A stretch of 64,000 bases of DNA from an uncultured Chloroflexia bacterium (GTDB lineage: Bacteria; Chloroflexota; Limnocylindria; QHBO01). Below are positions 9,876 to 19,843 of this stretch, piece after piece. Location of the stretch: positions 12,026 through 76,025 of the forward strand of contig CAWDYT010000001.1 in the NCBI GenBank assembly GCA_963806695.1. Direction: 5' to 3'. Under the pieces are notes generated by a model. It saw nothing but the letters and a program-made list of their open reading frames with translations. It ran no database searches and had not been told where the DNA came from. A program made the translations under genes and the position numbers. The stretch's first letter is position 1. The number at the start of each line of letters is the position of its first letter.

Positions 9876-11147
9876 GGCGCCCTCCTCGGGCAGCTGGATC
9901 ACGACCTCGGTGCCGGCGCCGGGCCGGCTGTGGACGTAGGCGCGTGCCGCCGCGACGCTCCATGCGGCCGATGATCGAGTCGGCGATGCCGCGCCGGTCC
10001 GGGGCCACGGCGTCGGGGTCGAACCCGCTGCCCTGGTCGCGCACGAAGGCGCTGATCGTGTCGTCCTCGACCTCGACGTAGACCGAGATCGTGGTGCTGC
10101 CGGAGTGCCGGGCCGCGTTCGCGACGGCCTCCGCGCAGGCGTTGACCAGCGCGCGCAGCCGGTCGTCCATCTCGGCGTCGCCGACCACGACCGCCTCGAC
10201 GCTCACCTGGTGCTGGCGCTCGATCCGGCCGGCCATCGAGTCGATCGCGTCGCGCAGCCGCACGCCCGCGAGGTCGGGAGCGCGCCCGTACAGCCAGGCG
10301 CGCAGCTCGCGCTCCTGCGTGCGGGCCAGGCTCGCCATCTCGCGCGGCGCCTTGGCGCGCTGGATGAGCGCCAGCGTCTGGAGCACCGAGTCGTGGAGGT
10401 GCGCGGCCATCTCGGCGCGGGCGTCCGACCTGACGCGGCTGCTGCGCTCCTCGACGAGCTGGCGACCCATGCTCCACACCCACGGACCGGCGAGCAGGGT
10501 GCAGCGCCGCCGATGGCCACGATCATCGCCAGCAGCACGTTGCCCGCCGCCGCCAGCGAGGTGTTCGCGGCCAGGAAGACCCCCATCGCCGGCCAGGATC
10601 AGGACGCGCCGATGAGCACGCGCGGCAGCGAGACCGGCCGTCGAGCGACGGACTCGAGCGGCGTCCCGAGCCTCGACAGCGTCCAGCGCCCGCGGCCGCC
10701 TCGTCGCCGCTGCGCGCCCACAGGATGGCGAAGCCGATCGCGGCCAGCACCACCGGCCACCCGTGCTCGCCGCCGAACCACAGCCCGGTGATCGAGAGCA
10801 ACGACGAGCAGCCCGACGGCGACCAGGCCGATGCCGAGCGACCTGCCGCCGGGTCGGCATTCGGATCCGCCGGCTGCGGCGGCTCGACGTCGGCGGTCGC
10901 GGCCTCGAGCGGGGCGAGGAGCCAGGTCAGCACGTAGACGACGACCCCGAAGCCCGCGGCGAATGACGAGGCCGATGAAGGCGACCCGCACGATGTTCGG
11001 GTCCACGCCGAGGTGACGGCCGATGCCGCCGGCCACGCCCGCCGAGCAGCCGGTCGCTGCGGCTGCGCTCGAGCCGAGTGCGGGTGCGTGTCGGTCCGGC
11101 CGCACGCTCCGGGCGTCGACCTGTGCCATGGACGCATGTTCCCACAC
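9872..11147 (-). pseudogene. PspC-domain sensor histidine kinase (LiaS-like; HisKA_3 + HATPase_c); at least 5 frameshifts as assembled
   Basis: The N-term PspC domain is ...RPDRHAPALGSSAAAATGCSAGVAGGIGRHLGVDPNIVRVAFIG. TM segments, a HisKA_3 region (...AAHLHDSVLQTLALIQRA...) and an ATPase region (...DQGSGFDPDA...YVHSRPGAGTEVVIQLPEEGA) are scattered over all three frames. The ATGA overlap with the RR start is restored only by removing one G. Confidence 0.7.
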
Positions 11148-11264
11148 GCTCGCATCGCATCCACGATGGGGGACAACCCTGAGTCGCGACTGCCGGCGGA
11201 CTCAGGGTCGAATGGGGGACATCCCCAATGGTCAGCCGGACTGATGCGGGCCGATGATCCGGCC

Positions 11265-12408
11265 ATGACCACCGAACAGCCGACCGCCCCGCGCGTGCTC
11301 CGCCGCCGATCCGACGATCGCGTCATCGGCGGCGTGGCGAGCGGCCTCGGCGACTACTTCAACGTCGACCCACTGCTGATTCGCATCGGCTTCGTTGGCC
11401 TGATGGTCTTCGGCGGAATGGGCATCTTCCTCTACGTCGCCGCCTGGCTGCTCGTCCCGGACGACGCCACCGACAAGTCCATCCTCGAGCAGGTCGTGCA
11501 GGGCTCGGGGCCGATGCGGAACCCGATGCTGCGGGCGATCGTGCTCGTCGTCGGTGTCCTGATTGCCGCCGGCGTTCTGACAAACGTGCTGGCTTGACGG
11601 CGGAGTCGGCCTCGGGGGCGGGTCAGGCTTCTTCGGCGTCCTGACCATCGCCCTCCTCATCGTCCTGCTCGGCGCGGTCATCCTGCGTCGCAACGATTCC
11701 ACGGAAGCCCTCGTGTCCCCCTCGGCGGAGACGGCTTCGGCCGATGCGGCAATCCCGCCGACCGAGGTCGTGGCGGCGACACCGCGTCCGCGCCGCCGCC
11801 GCCGTCCGGCCTCGCCGCTGGGGTGGTACATCCTGGGCGCGGTGCTGGTCGCCGTCGGCGTCCTCGCCCTGCTGACGAACGTCGCCGACGTTTCCGTCGA
11901 CCTGGCCCAGTACTTCGGGCTGGCCCTCGCCGTGCTCGGCGTCGGGCTCGTGATCGGGACGTGGTGGGGCCACGCACGGACGCTCATCCTGCTGGGGCTG
12001 CTGATTCTCCCCTTCGCCGTGATGGCGAGCTACGTCACCGTCCCGCTCGAGGGAGGGATCGGCGAGCAGCGCTACACGCCCATGGACGCCGGTGAGCTCC
12101 TCGACGAGTACCGGCTCACCGGGGGCCAGCTGGTGCTCGACCTTACCCAGGTCGAGCTGACGGAGCCGATCGAGGTCGCCGCGAGCGTCGCCATGGGCGA
12201 GCTCGTCGTCCTGCTGCCCGAGGAGGTCAGCGGCGAGGTGGACGCCACCGTGGGTGCGGGGAACTTCTACATCCTCGGCGCCTCGCAGAGCGGAACCGAG
12301 CTCGAGGACCGGTTCGTCCTCGATGGCACGGGACCGGACATGACGCTGGCGCTGGACGCCGGCGTCGGAAGCATCAGAGTCTTCCGGGAAGGATCACAGG
12401 GACGCTAG
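11265..12408 (+). CDS. PspC domain-containing membrane protein (with a LiaF/toast-rack-like C-terminal region); one frameshift near 11600-11710
   Basis: MTTEQPTAPRVLRRRSDDRVIGGVASGLGDYFNVDPLLIRIGFVGLMVFGG... (ORF 11013..11597) continues in ORF 11713..12408 (...GELVVLLPEEVSGEVDATVGAGNFYILG...). It is divergent from the PspC-HK. Confidence 0.7.
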
Positions 12409-12410
12409 CC

Positions 12411-12623
12411 ATGACACGCCATTCACCAGATCTCCTGTCGCTCGTGTTCGGCATGCTCTTCGTCGCCGCCGGTCTCGTGCTGCTTTCCGGCGACAGCGGT
12501 GCGCTCTCGCTCACCTGGGTCGGACCGTTGATGGCGATCGTCATCGGCGTCCTGCTGGTCGTGGCGGCGCGCTCGACCCGCCCGAACGCCGACGCCGAAC
12601 CAGCGGAGGCCGAGGAGGCCTGA
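12411..12623 (+). CDS. small membrane protein (70 aa, 2 TM) of the PspC operon
   Basis: Intact ORF starting 3 nt after the previous stop. Confidence 0.6.
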   Translation: MTRHSPDLLSLVFGMLFVAAGLVLLSGDSGALSLTWVGPLMAIVIGVLLVVAARSTRPNADAEPAEAEEA

Positions 12624-12626
12624 CCG

Positions 12627-12722
12627 ATGCGGGCGTGGCGCTCCGTCCTTGTCGCGCTTCCGTTCGTCGTGGGCGCCGCCGTGGTCGCGGTGCTGTCCGC
12701 GCTCCTGACCGCCCCGCGCTGA
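12627..12722 (+). CDS. candidate 31-aa single-TM micropeptide (MRAWRSVLVALPFVVGAAVVAVLSALLTAPR)
   Basis: ATG at 12627, preceded by a GAGGAGG SD 8 nt upstream. The SD is embedded in the last codons of the preceding gene. Below the 60-aa ORF-track cutoff. Confidence 0.4.
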   Translation: MRAWRSVLVALPFVVGAAVVAVLSALLTAPR

Positions 12723-12740
12723 TCCGGGCGACCTCTGGCC

Positions 12741-13583
12741 TCAGCCGGCTCGCTCCCGCAGCCACTCGAGGGCGCGCTCCGCGCCACCCAGGACGGACAC
12801 GTGACCCTCGCCCGGCGCCTCCCGCAGCTCGGCATTCGGGATCTGGCGCACCAGCCATCGACTGTGCGCCGACGGAACCATGCGATCGTCGGAGCCATGA
12901 AACAGGAGCGTCGGGGCCGATACCGCCCCCGGCTCGAAGCCCCACGGCGCGACATAGGCCAGGTCGTCGTCCACCAGGCCGCCGGGTCCGCCCGCGAGCG
13001 CCGGCGCCACCACCGATCCGAACCATCCCCACTCGCCGGCGAGCGCCGCGTGGTCGGCCGCGATGAAGCCCGCGTCGCCATCCGCGGCGGTCGCCTCGTA
13101 GCGCTCCTTCGCATCGCGCCCCGCCAGCGCTGCTTGCAGCGCGGCCACGCCGGACGGCGCCATGCCGTCGAACCAGTCCAGTCCATCGGAGCCGTAGGGC
13201 GCCAGGCCGGCTCCGCTCACGGCGCCCCAGACGCGGCCCGGCATCAAGGCGGCGCAGGCGAGCGCGTGCGGACCACCACCGGAGTGCCCCATGACGGCGA
13301 AGCGCTCGATGCCCAGGGCATCGGCGATGGCTCCGGCATCGGCCGCCGCCGACGCAACGTCCCGGCCGATCACGCGCGTTGAGCCACCGTAGCCCGGGCG
13401 GTCGTAGCCAACCCATCGGATGCCCAGCCGATCGGACGCGGCGAAGAGCGGCGCCGGTGGCGTGCCGATGTTCGGGGTTCCGTGATGCCAGAGCACCATC
13501 AGCGCGACCGGTGTTCCCTCCGGCGCGCGGTCGTACCCGTGCAGCGTGCGGCCGCCGTCCAGCCGGACGTCGATCTCCCTCAT
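12741..13583 (-). CDS. alpha/beta hydrolase
   Basis: Intact. MREIDVRLDGGRTLHGYD...MGHSGGGP nucleophile elbow. Start taken at the internal ATG 13583. Confidence 0.8.
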   Translation of the reverse strand: MREIDVRLDGGRTLHGYDRAPEGTPVALMVLWHHGTPNIGTPPAPLFAASDRLGIRWVGYDRPGYGGSTRVIGRDVASAAADAGAIADALGIERFAVMGHSGGGPHALACAALMPGRVWGAVSGAGLAPYGSDGLDWFDGMAPSGVAALQAALAGRDAKERYEATAADGDAGFIAADHAALAGEWGWFGSVVAPALAGGPGGLVDDDLAYVAPWGFEPGAVSAPTLLFHGSDDRMVPSAHSRWLVRQIPNAELREAPGEGHVSVLGGAERALEWLRERAG

Positions 13584-13703
13584 GGATCGGAGGAACTCCT
13601 CGCTTCGTTCGTTCGAAAGCAAGACGGCTTGGCCCTCCGAAACTGATCGAAGGCCGATGCGGCCGGCGCGGCGAGCCATGTCGACCCCGACTGGGCCGTT
13701 CGC

Positions 13704-14057
13704 TCAGCCGGCGTCGATGACGCAGAAACGGTTGCCCTCGGGGTCGGCCATGATCACGTAGTCGGCATCGGCAGGCCGCTTGTCCCACTGGACCTCCGTC
13801 GCTCCCAGACCGGTGAGCCGCTCCACCTCGGCCGCCTGGTCGGCGGCATACAGGTCGAGGTGGATGCGCGGCGGGATCTGGAGCGTGGAGCGCACCCGAT
13901 CCAGCGACACGTTGGGTCCGGCCCCGCTGCGCGGACGGAGGAGGGCGAAGTCATCCTCGTCACCCTCGCGCGCCACGTAGTCCAGGGCGGCGGTCCAGAA
14001 GGCCCGTTGCCGCTCGAGATTGTCGACCCGGATGACGACGGACCCGATGGTGAGCAT
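13704..14057 (-). CDS. VOC family protein
   Basis: Intact 117-aa ORF. Confidence 0.8.
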   Translation of the reverse strand: MLTIGSVVIRVDNLERQRAFWTAALDYVAREGDEDDFALLRPRSGAGPNVSLDRVRSTLQIPPRIHLDLYAADQAAEVERLTGLGATEVQWDKRPADADYVIMADPEGNRFCVIDAG

Positions 14058-14060
14058 CGG

Positions 14061-14777
14061 TCAACGATACGCCGGGCGCAGCTCCCCGGTCGCGAATCGG
14101 ATGGCCGCAACGTTCACGCGCGGATCGATCCAGTGCTCGCAGTACTGAAAGCGGTGCGTCGTCACCAGCCGGCCGTCGCGGTCCACCACGAACTCGCCGG
14201 GGAGCAGCCACGTGTTGTCGACCATCGGCCTGCCCTCTGCGACCCGGGACGCGGCCAGCGACGCGCCGGCCGCCGGCTCGCACCGGAGGTAGTCGTCGGG
14301 AGCGTCGAAGAGCATCTCGATCGGTCCGCCCTCCAGCAGCCCGAAGGCGCGGTACGCGCGCTCCTCCGGGTCGCAGAACAGCAGCATGTCGTCCGGCAGC
14401 TCGTTGGCCGTCGCGTAGGTCAGGGTCCGCTCCGGCTCGCCCTGGCCGACGAGCGCCACGGTCGCTCCGGCATCCCGATAGCTCGCGTATTCGGAGCGCA
14501 GGCGCTGGGCGCGGTCGCGCCCGCAGCTGCAGCCAAAGTGGCGCCAGAAGAGGAAGAGCGCCGGCCCGTCGGCCCATGCCGATGACAGCGACCGCACCGC
14601 CCCTGAGCGCGCTTCGACCAGGTCGAGCGACGGAGCCGCGTCACCGGCCTGGACGGGCAGCTCCGTCCAGCGTGTGCGCTTCGGTCCCGCTGCCCAGCCC
14701 TGCTGCCACTCGCGGCGGGCGGCATCGGTCTCCGGGCTCTCCGGCTGATGCAGCACGCGGGCTCCATCCTGCGTCAT
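14061..14777 (-). CDS. thioredoxin-fold protein (AhpC/TSA / redoxin-like, GCSCG motif)
   Basis: Start taken at MTQDGARV with a GAGGGAG SD. Contains ...ALFLFWRHFGCSCGRDRAQRL... Confidence 0.65.
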   Translation of the reverse strand: MTQDGARVLHQPESPETDAARREWQQGWAAGPKRTRWTELPVQAGDAAPSLDLVEARSGAVRSLSSAWADGPALFLFWRHFGCSCGRDRAQRLRSEYASYRDAGATVALVGQGEPERTLTYATANELPDDMLLFCDPEERAYRAFGLLEGGPIEMLFDAPDDYLRCEPAAGASLAASRVAEGRPMVDNTWLLPGEFVVDRDGRLVTTHRFQYCEHWIDPRVNVAAIRFATGELRPAYR

Positions 14778-14908
14778 GTGGCACTCCCTCAAACGGCACG
14801 GGGTCGAACGACGGTGCAAGTATGCAGGCGTCGTGGCCGCGATCCGAACCGATCGCGGGCGTCGTAGTCCCTCTGACCACGCCACAGCGATAGCCGGGGG
14901 TGCCTGCC

Positions 14909-15469
14909 ATGTCCCAGCCTCCGATGATCGAGCGCGTCGAGCCAGCACGGTGGGTCGGCGTGGCCCAGGGCATCGCCGGCATCGTCATCGGCCTGCTGCT
15001 GCTGTTCGCGCCGGGAGCGAGCTCCGTCCTCATCGTGCAGCTGGTCGGACTGTGGTGGCTCATCGCGGGCATCGTGTCACTGGTGAGCCTGGCCTGGGAT
15101 CGGAAGCTGTGGGGATGGACGGTCGCGAGCGGACTGCTCGGCATCGTCGCCGGGCTCGCCATCGTGCGCCACCCGCTGTGGACCACCGTGATCGTGGAGA
15201 GCGCGTTGTTCGTGTTCCTCGGCGGCATCGGAGTCTCGCTCGGAGTCACCCTCATCGCGCGTGGCGTGAGCGGCCGGGACTGGGGAGTCGGCATACTTGG
15301 CGCTGTGGATGTCGTGATCGGCCTGCTGTTGCTCTTCAATCCGCTGACGGGGGTCATCGCACTCCCGATCCTGCTCGGCCTGCTCGCGCTGGTCGGCGGC
15401 ATCGCGGTGCTGGTGATGGCGATCCGGAGGCCGAGGGGCGACACATCGGGGGCGGTGGAGAGGATCTAG
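14909..15469 (+). CDS. HdeD family membrane protein (DUF308), second copy
   Basis: Intact multi-TM ORF (ATG 14909; the ORF track gives a GTG at 14900). Confidence 0.8.
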   Translation: MSQPPMIERVEPARWVGVAQGIAGIVIGLLLLFAPGASSVLIVQLVGLWWLIAGIVSLVSLAWDRKLWGWTVASGLLGIVAGLAIVRHPLWTTVIVESALFVFLGGIGVSLGVTLIARGVSGRDWGVGILGAVDVVIGLLLLFNPLTGVIALPILLGLLALVGGIAVLVMAIRRPRGDTSGAVERI

Positions 15470-15916
15470 ATGACAGGAACGGACTACGAGGATGGTGGAA
15501 TGACGTCTCGCGACAGCGACAGCGACAGCTCCGCGTGGCTGGTGGGCTTCACCGCCTTCGCGGCGATGATGATGATGCTGATGGGCTTCTTCCAGGTCAG
15601 CATCGGGCTCATCGCGCTCTTCAACCAGGAGTTCTACGTGACGACGCCCGAGTACGTCTTCGCGTTCGACGTCGGGACGTGGGCCTGGATCCATCTGATC
15701 TGGGGCGCGGTCGTGCTGATCGCCGGCTTCTCGCTGCTGTCGGGAGCGACGTGGGCGCGCGTGCTGGGCGCCGTGATCGCCGCGATCGCGGCCGCACAGG
15801 CCTTCGTGTTCCTCCCGTACCAGCCGTTCTGGTCGATCATCATCATCGCGGTGTCCGTGCTCGTGATCTGGGCACTCACGACGCGCGTGGGAGACGTCGA
15901 GTCCTCGCTCGACTAG
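15470..15916 (+). CDS. integral membrane protein (148 aa), translationally adjacent to HdeD
   Basis: The ATG immediately follows the HdeD stop, with a GGAGAGG SD. 4 predicted TM segments. Confidence 0.7.
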   Translation: MTGTDYEDGGMTSRDSDSDSSAWLVGFTAFAAMMMMLMGFFQVSIGLIALFNQEFYVTTPEYVFAFDVGTWAWIHLIWGAVVLIAGFSLLSGATWARVLGAVIAAIAAAQAFVFLPYQPFWSIIIIAVSVLVIWALTTRVGDVESSLD

Positions 15917-16139
15917 TCGGGACGCGGACGCTGCCTGCGCGGGGGTGCAGCCCACACCCCCGGCGCGCGCTCGCACCCGGCGTCAGCGGACGACGAGGTG
16001 GTGCATCCACCTGATAAGCCTCGGTTAAGGGGGTAGGCACGCGGGGAAATCTGCGTAAGATTGGGGTACAGGAACGCGAGGAATTGACCCGGGGTGCTCG
16101 TGCCCGTGGACCCGGTGAGCCGCGCGTCGGAGCCCGAGC

Positions 16140-17990
16140 ATGACGCGTGTCCAGCAGCCGACCATTGCACCGATTCCGGGGCCCGCCCTGCTGTGGGCCC
16201 CGTCGGACGAGGTGCAGGCACCCGCGACCCGCACCGGACGGTCGGTCGCATTCCTCGTGGTGCTGGCTCTCACGGTCGTTGCGGGCATGGTCGCCACCTC
16301 GGTCCTGCTGGCTGCGGGATCGGACTACCTCGTCGACGACGTGGCTCCCACCATCTACGCGGCGTATCTCGCCGCGGCTCCGGTCCTGGTCGGCGTCATC
16401 TGGCGGATCCGCCGCTCGGATAGCCCTGTCGGCGGCCTCCTCGTCCTGTTCGGGCTGAGCGCCTGGACACAGGCGCTCCAGGCATCGGACGATCCCGTCC
16501 TCTTCTCCGTCGGCGCCGTGGTCGGCCAGTCGGCGGTCACCGCCTGGACGCTCTTCCTCGCCCTGGCATTCCCGCTGGGCCGGCTCCGGGGACGCGCCGA
16601 TCGGGCGGCGATGGCGCTCGTCTGTCTCTCGATCCTGGCGTATCTCGTCTGGGCCAGCCAGGCGCCGACACTCCTGGCGGGGCCGATCGCCCAATGCTTT
16701 GTCATGTGCCCGCCGAACCCGTTCCAGATCGGGGACTCGCCGTGGCTGCTGGCGGTCGCGGGCAACTTCTCGTTGCTGGCGGGACTGGCATCGGCGATCG
16801 GGGCCTTCGCGATCATCGGCTGGCGACTCCGCGGCGCCGGCGCACGCTGGCGCACGTCGCTGCCGGTGGCAGTCACATCGCTCCTCTTCGTCGGCATGCT
16901 GGGCACCTTCCACGTCACGCGCTCGGCGATCGCGGCCAACGGAAGGCTGGACGACGTCATTTCGTGGCTCCTGGTTGCCACCGCCGTCGCATTCCCGATC
17001 GCGTTCCTCGTCCACCTCCTGCGCACCGAGTACTCCGCGCAGGCGACGGGACGCCGGCTGCTCGACCGGCTGGTGAACGACGACCGAGGGCCGTGGCGCG
17101 ATGCGCTGGCGGATGCGCTGGGCGATCCACGCCTGCGCCTCGCGACCTGGGATCCCGAAACGGGCGGCTACCGCGACGATTGCGGGTGTCAGGTGGAGCC
17201 CTCACAGCCGATCGGCGACCACGCCTGGATCGAAGTGCACCGCGGAGACCAGCCGGTGGCTGCCATCCTGGCCGACCAGGCCATCCTGCAGGACCCGCGC
17301 GCCGTCGCGACCGCCACGAATGCAACGCTCGTGGCGAACGAGCTCGACCAGAACCACGACCGGCTGGACACCCTGCGCGGTGCCATCAACGAGGCGGCCG
17401 ACGCGGCGCGAGTGGAGCTGGGGCGCGACCTCCATGACAGTGCGCAGCAGCGCCTCGTCGCCCTGCGCATCCATGTCGGCCTGGCCCGCGAGCAGCTCGA
17501 GACCCCCGAGGAGCGCAAGGTCCTCGATTCCATTGGCAGCGAGGTGGAGGCGGCGCTGGCGGACATCCGATCGGTGGCGCACCTCGACGGTCCGCCACAT
17601 CTCCGAACGTTCGGGCTTCCGGCGGCTCTGCAGCGTGCGACCCGTTCGGCGGGGATCCCGGTCCATGTCGTGGCCGATATCGTCCCTCGCTTCGACCCCG
17701 ACGTGGAACGAGCCGTGTACTACATCTGCCTGGAGGCAGTGCAGAACGCCGCGAAGCACGCGGGACCGGGCGCGTCCGTCCAGGTGCGCCTGACGGCCGG
17801 GTCGGACAGCCTGGACTTCGCCGTGGCCGATGACGGTCGGGGGTATGCGACCAAGGCGATGTCCGGCGCGGGCCAGGAGATCATGCGTGCTCGGGTACGG
17901 GCGGTCGGCGGATGGCTTCGCATCGTCTCCGGCCCGAACCAGGGCACGTCAGTCGTCGGACGCGTCCCCCTCAACGGCGCCCGCGGCTGA
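16140..17990 (+). CDS. sensor histidine kinase (large multi-TM N-terminal domain, HisKA_3 + HATPase_c), no adjacent response regulator
   Basis: Intact 616-aa ORF. ...DLHDSAQQRLVALRIHVGLAREQLE... Has a GGAG SD. Confidence 0.85.
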   Translation: MTRVQQPTIAPIPGPALLWAPSDEVQAPATRTGRSVAFLVVLALTVVAGMVATSVLLAAGSDYLVDDVAPTIYAAYLAAAPVLVGVIWRIRRSDSPVGGLLVLFGLSAWTQALQASDDPVLFSVGAVVGQSAVTAWTLFLALAFPLGRLRGRADRAAMALVCLSILAYLVWASQAPTLLAGPIAQCFVMCPPNPFQIGDSPWLLAVAGNFSLLAGLASAIGAFAIIGWRLRGAGARWRTSLPVAVTSLLFVGMLGTFHVTRSAIAANGRLDDVISWLLVATAVAFPIAFLVHLLRTEYSAQATGRRLLDRLVNDDRGPWRDALADALGDPRLRLATWDPETGGYRDDCGCQVEPSQPIGDHAWIEVHRGDQPVAAILADQAILQDPRAVATATNATLVANELDQNHDRLDTLRGAINEAADAARVELGRDLHDSAQQRLVALRIHVGLAREQLETPEERKVLDSIGSEVEAALADIRSVAHLDGPPHLRTFGLPAALQRATRSAGIPVHVVADIVPRFDPDVERAVYYICLEAVQNAAKHAGPGASVQVRLTAGSDSLDFAVADDGRGYATKAMSGAGQEIMRARVRAVGGWLRIVSGPNQGTSVVGRVPLNGARG

Positions 17991-18082
17991 CGCCCTGCGC
18001 TCGCGCCAGCCCTCGATCAGCAGGTACACCGCCGGGACCACGAGCAGGGTGAGGCAGCGCGTCACCAGCAGGAGACGACTCA

Positions 18083-18380
18083 ATGAGAACCGATGCATCC
18101 GAGGCGATCACCGCGCTGCTGCTCGAGGCGGAGCAGGCGCACGGCGTCTACGAGACGATCGAGCTGAACGGTGTCTACGACCAGGACTGGCCGCGCTGGT
18201 ACGCAGCGTATCGTCGTCGAGCATGGACTGGCCGACATCGTGGGCCACGTTGCCCCGCTGGACCGGGTCACGATGGTGCTCGAGACAACCTACGCCGAGT
18301 TCGATCGGGCGGATCCGAAGCCCGCGGCGTCCTGGGCCGAGCATCTCGGACGCCGCATGTCCGAGGAGCTGGCTGCCTAG
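18083..18380 (+). CDS. small hypothetical protein (about 99 aa); one frameshift near 18200
   Basis: MRTDASEAITALLLEAEQAHGVYETIELNGVYDQDWPRWYAAY (ORF 18083) plus ...IVVEHGLADIVGHVAPLDRVTMVLETTYAEFDRADPKPAASWAEHLGRRMSEELAA (ORF 18171..18380). AGGAGA SD. Confidence 0.45.
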
Positions 18381-18841
18381 CCCCTCTCGGAGTCGGTCCC
18401 GAAGCCCTCGCGTGCGGTCCGGTCCTCGATTGTCTCGAGCTCCTCGAACAGCGTGATCTGCAATCCGGCGGGTGCCGCGAGGCGGGAATTCAGCGATCGC
18501 CACGGTGTCTCGGTGGGTGGAGCCACCAGCTCGGCGCCGGCCGCGACAAGCCGATCGGTGGCGCCGCGGCCATCGGCCACCTCGAAGGCGACCCGCATGC
18601 GCGGAGCGACGCCTGCTCGGCCCACCTCGACCTCGTCGATCATCCGTTTCTGCGCAGGGTTGGCGATCTCGAGCGTCGCCCGCCCGGCGTCGAGGATCGC
18701 GACCCGGGCGTCGCCCGAACCCTCGAAGGCGGCCTGCTCAGCCAGCCCAAGGACGTCGCGGTAGAACCGGACGGCCTCGTCGTAGTCTTCGGCCTCGACG
18801 ATGAGGCGCATCTGGAGCACGGTCGGGGGAACGGAAGCCAT
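18377..18841 (-). CDS. VOC family protein
   Basis: Intact 154-aa ORF. Confidence 0.8.
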   Translation of the reverse strand: MASVPPTVLQMRLIVEAEDYDEAVRFYRDVLGLAEQAAFEGSGDARVAILDAGRATLEIANPAQKRMIDEVEVGRAGVAPRMRVAFEVADGRGATDRLVAAGAELVAPPTETPWRSLNSRLAAPAGLQITLFEELETIEDRTAREGFGTDSERG

Positions 18842-18885
18842 GGAGCTCAGGATATCGCCGCAGCGATGCCGACGCCGATCAGCGG

Positions 18886-19710
18886 TTACGGCGACCCATC
18901 GAGGAACGCCAGCGCCACGGTCGCGAAGAGCGGCGACGCAAAGGCGTTGTAGTGCTGAAGGCCGGGCAGGATCGCGAGGGCGTGACCGCCGGCCGGGCGG
19001 TTCTCGCCCATCCAGCCTCCGTCGCGACCACCGCCCAGCAGGTCGAAGATGTCGGCGTAGTGCCGCGGCGGAGCCTGGTCCATGTCGCCGGCGACGAACA
19101 ACGTCGGCACCTGCAGTCCGCGCACGTCCTCCGTGAAGTCGAACGGGTGCTTCATCATCGCCCCGATCTTGTCGAGCAGCGTCCCGAAGTCCTCGGGTCG
19201 CGGCGCGAGCCGCATGTACGTCTCGTACATGGGTGTGCCCTGCAACATCTCGACCATGTCGCCACCCACCTGGCCCTGCTGGGCGATCAGGGCGGGATCG
19301 ATGACGTCGGGCCGCAGGTAGACCGATGCGGCGACCAGCTTCCTGACCTTGTCGGGGTGCTTGACGGCCGTGAAGAGGGCGACGCCCCCGCCCAGCGAAT
19401 AGCCCACGACGTCCGGCCGTTCGATCCCGAGGTGGTCGATGAGCGCTGCGATGTCATCGGCCAGGAGTTTGATGTCGATCGGTCGATCGATGTCCGCCGT
19501 GCGTCCGTGTCCCTGGAGGTCGGGGACGATGACCTGGTGGGTCGCCGCCAGCGCACCGATCACGGGGCCGAACATCTCGCCGGACCCGAGCCCGCCGTGC
19601 AGCAGGACCAGCGGCTTCCCGGCGCCGTGGGTCTCGTAATAGAGGTGGAGACCATTCACGTCGGCGTACGTGCCGGTGCCCTTTGCGTCGGTGGTCCAGT
19701 CGGTGGTCAT
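18886..19710 (-). CDS. alpha/beta hydrolase
   Basis: Intact. ...VVGYSLGGGVA... Confidence 0.8.
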   Translation of the reverse strand: MTTDWTTDAKGTGTYADVNGLHLYYETHGAGKPLVLLHGGLGSGEMFGPVIGALAATHQVIVPDLQGHGRTADIDRPIDIKLLADDIAALIDHLGIERPDVVGYSLGGGVALFTAVKHPDKVRKLVAASVYLRPDVIDPALIAQQGQVGGDMVEMLQGTPMYETYMRLAPRPEDFGTLLDKIGAMMKHPFDFTEDVRGLQVPTLFVAGDMDQAPPRHYADIFDLLGGGRDGGWMGENRPAGGHALAILPGLQHYNAFASPLFATVALAFLDGSP

Positions 19711-19806
19711 GCCCGCGATCCTCGTGCGCGTTGTGGAGTCACCCTGTCGGACGGCTCGCGCCGCCGGAACTCATCGGGACAGCGTAGGGCGAACCAAGCT
19801 GGTGTC

Positions 19807-19836
19807 TTGACAATAGTGTGTGACACACACTATTGT
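19807..19836 (+). promoter_or_regulatory. sigma70-like promoter overlapping a 25-bp operator: -35 TTGACA at 19807-19812; perfect palindrome CAATAGTGTGTG-a-CACACACTATTG at 19811-19835; -10-like TATTGT at 19831-19836
   Basis: Read directly from the sequence. Lies immediately upstream of the PadR gene; consistent with PadR autoregulation and a leaderless or short-leader transcript. Confidence 0.55.
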
Positions 19837-19843
19837 GCCGAGC

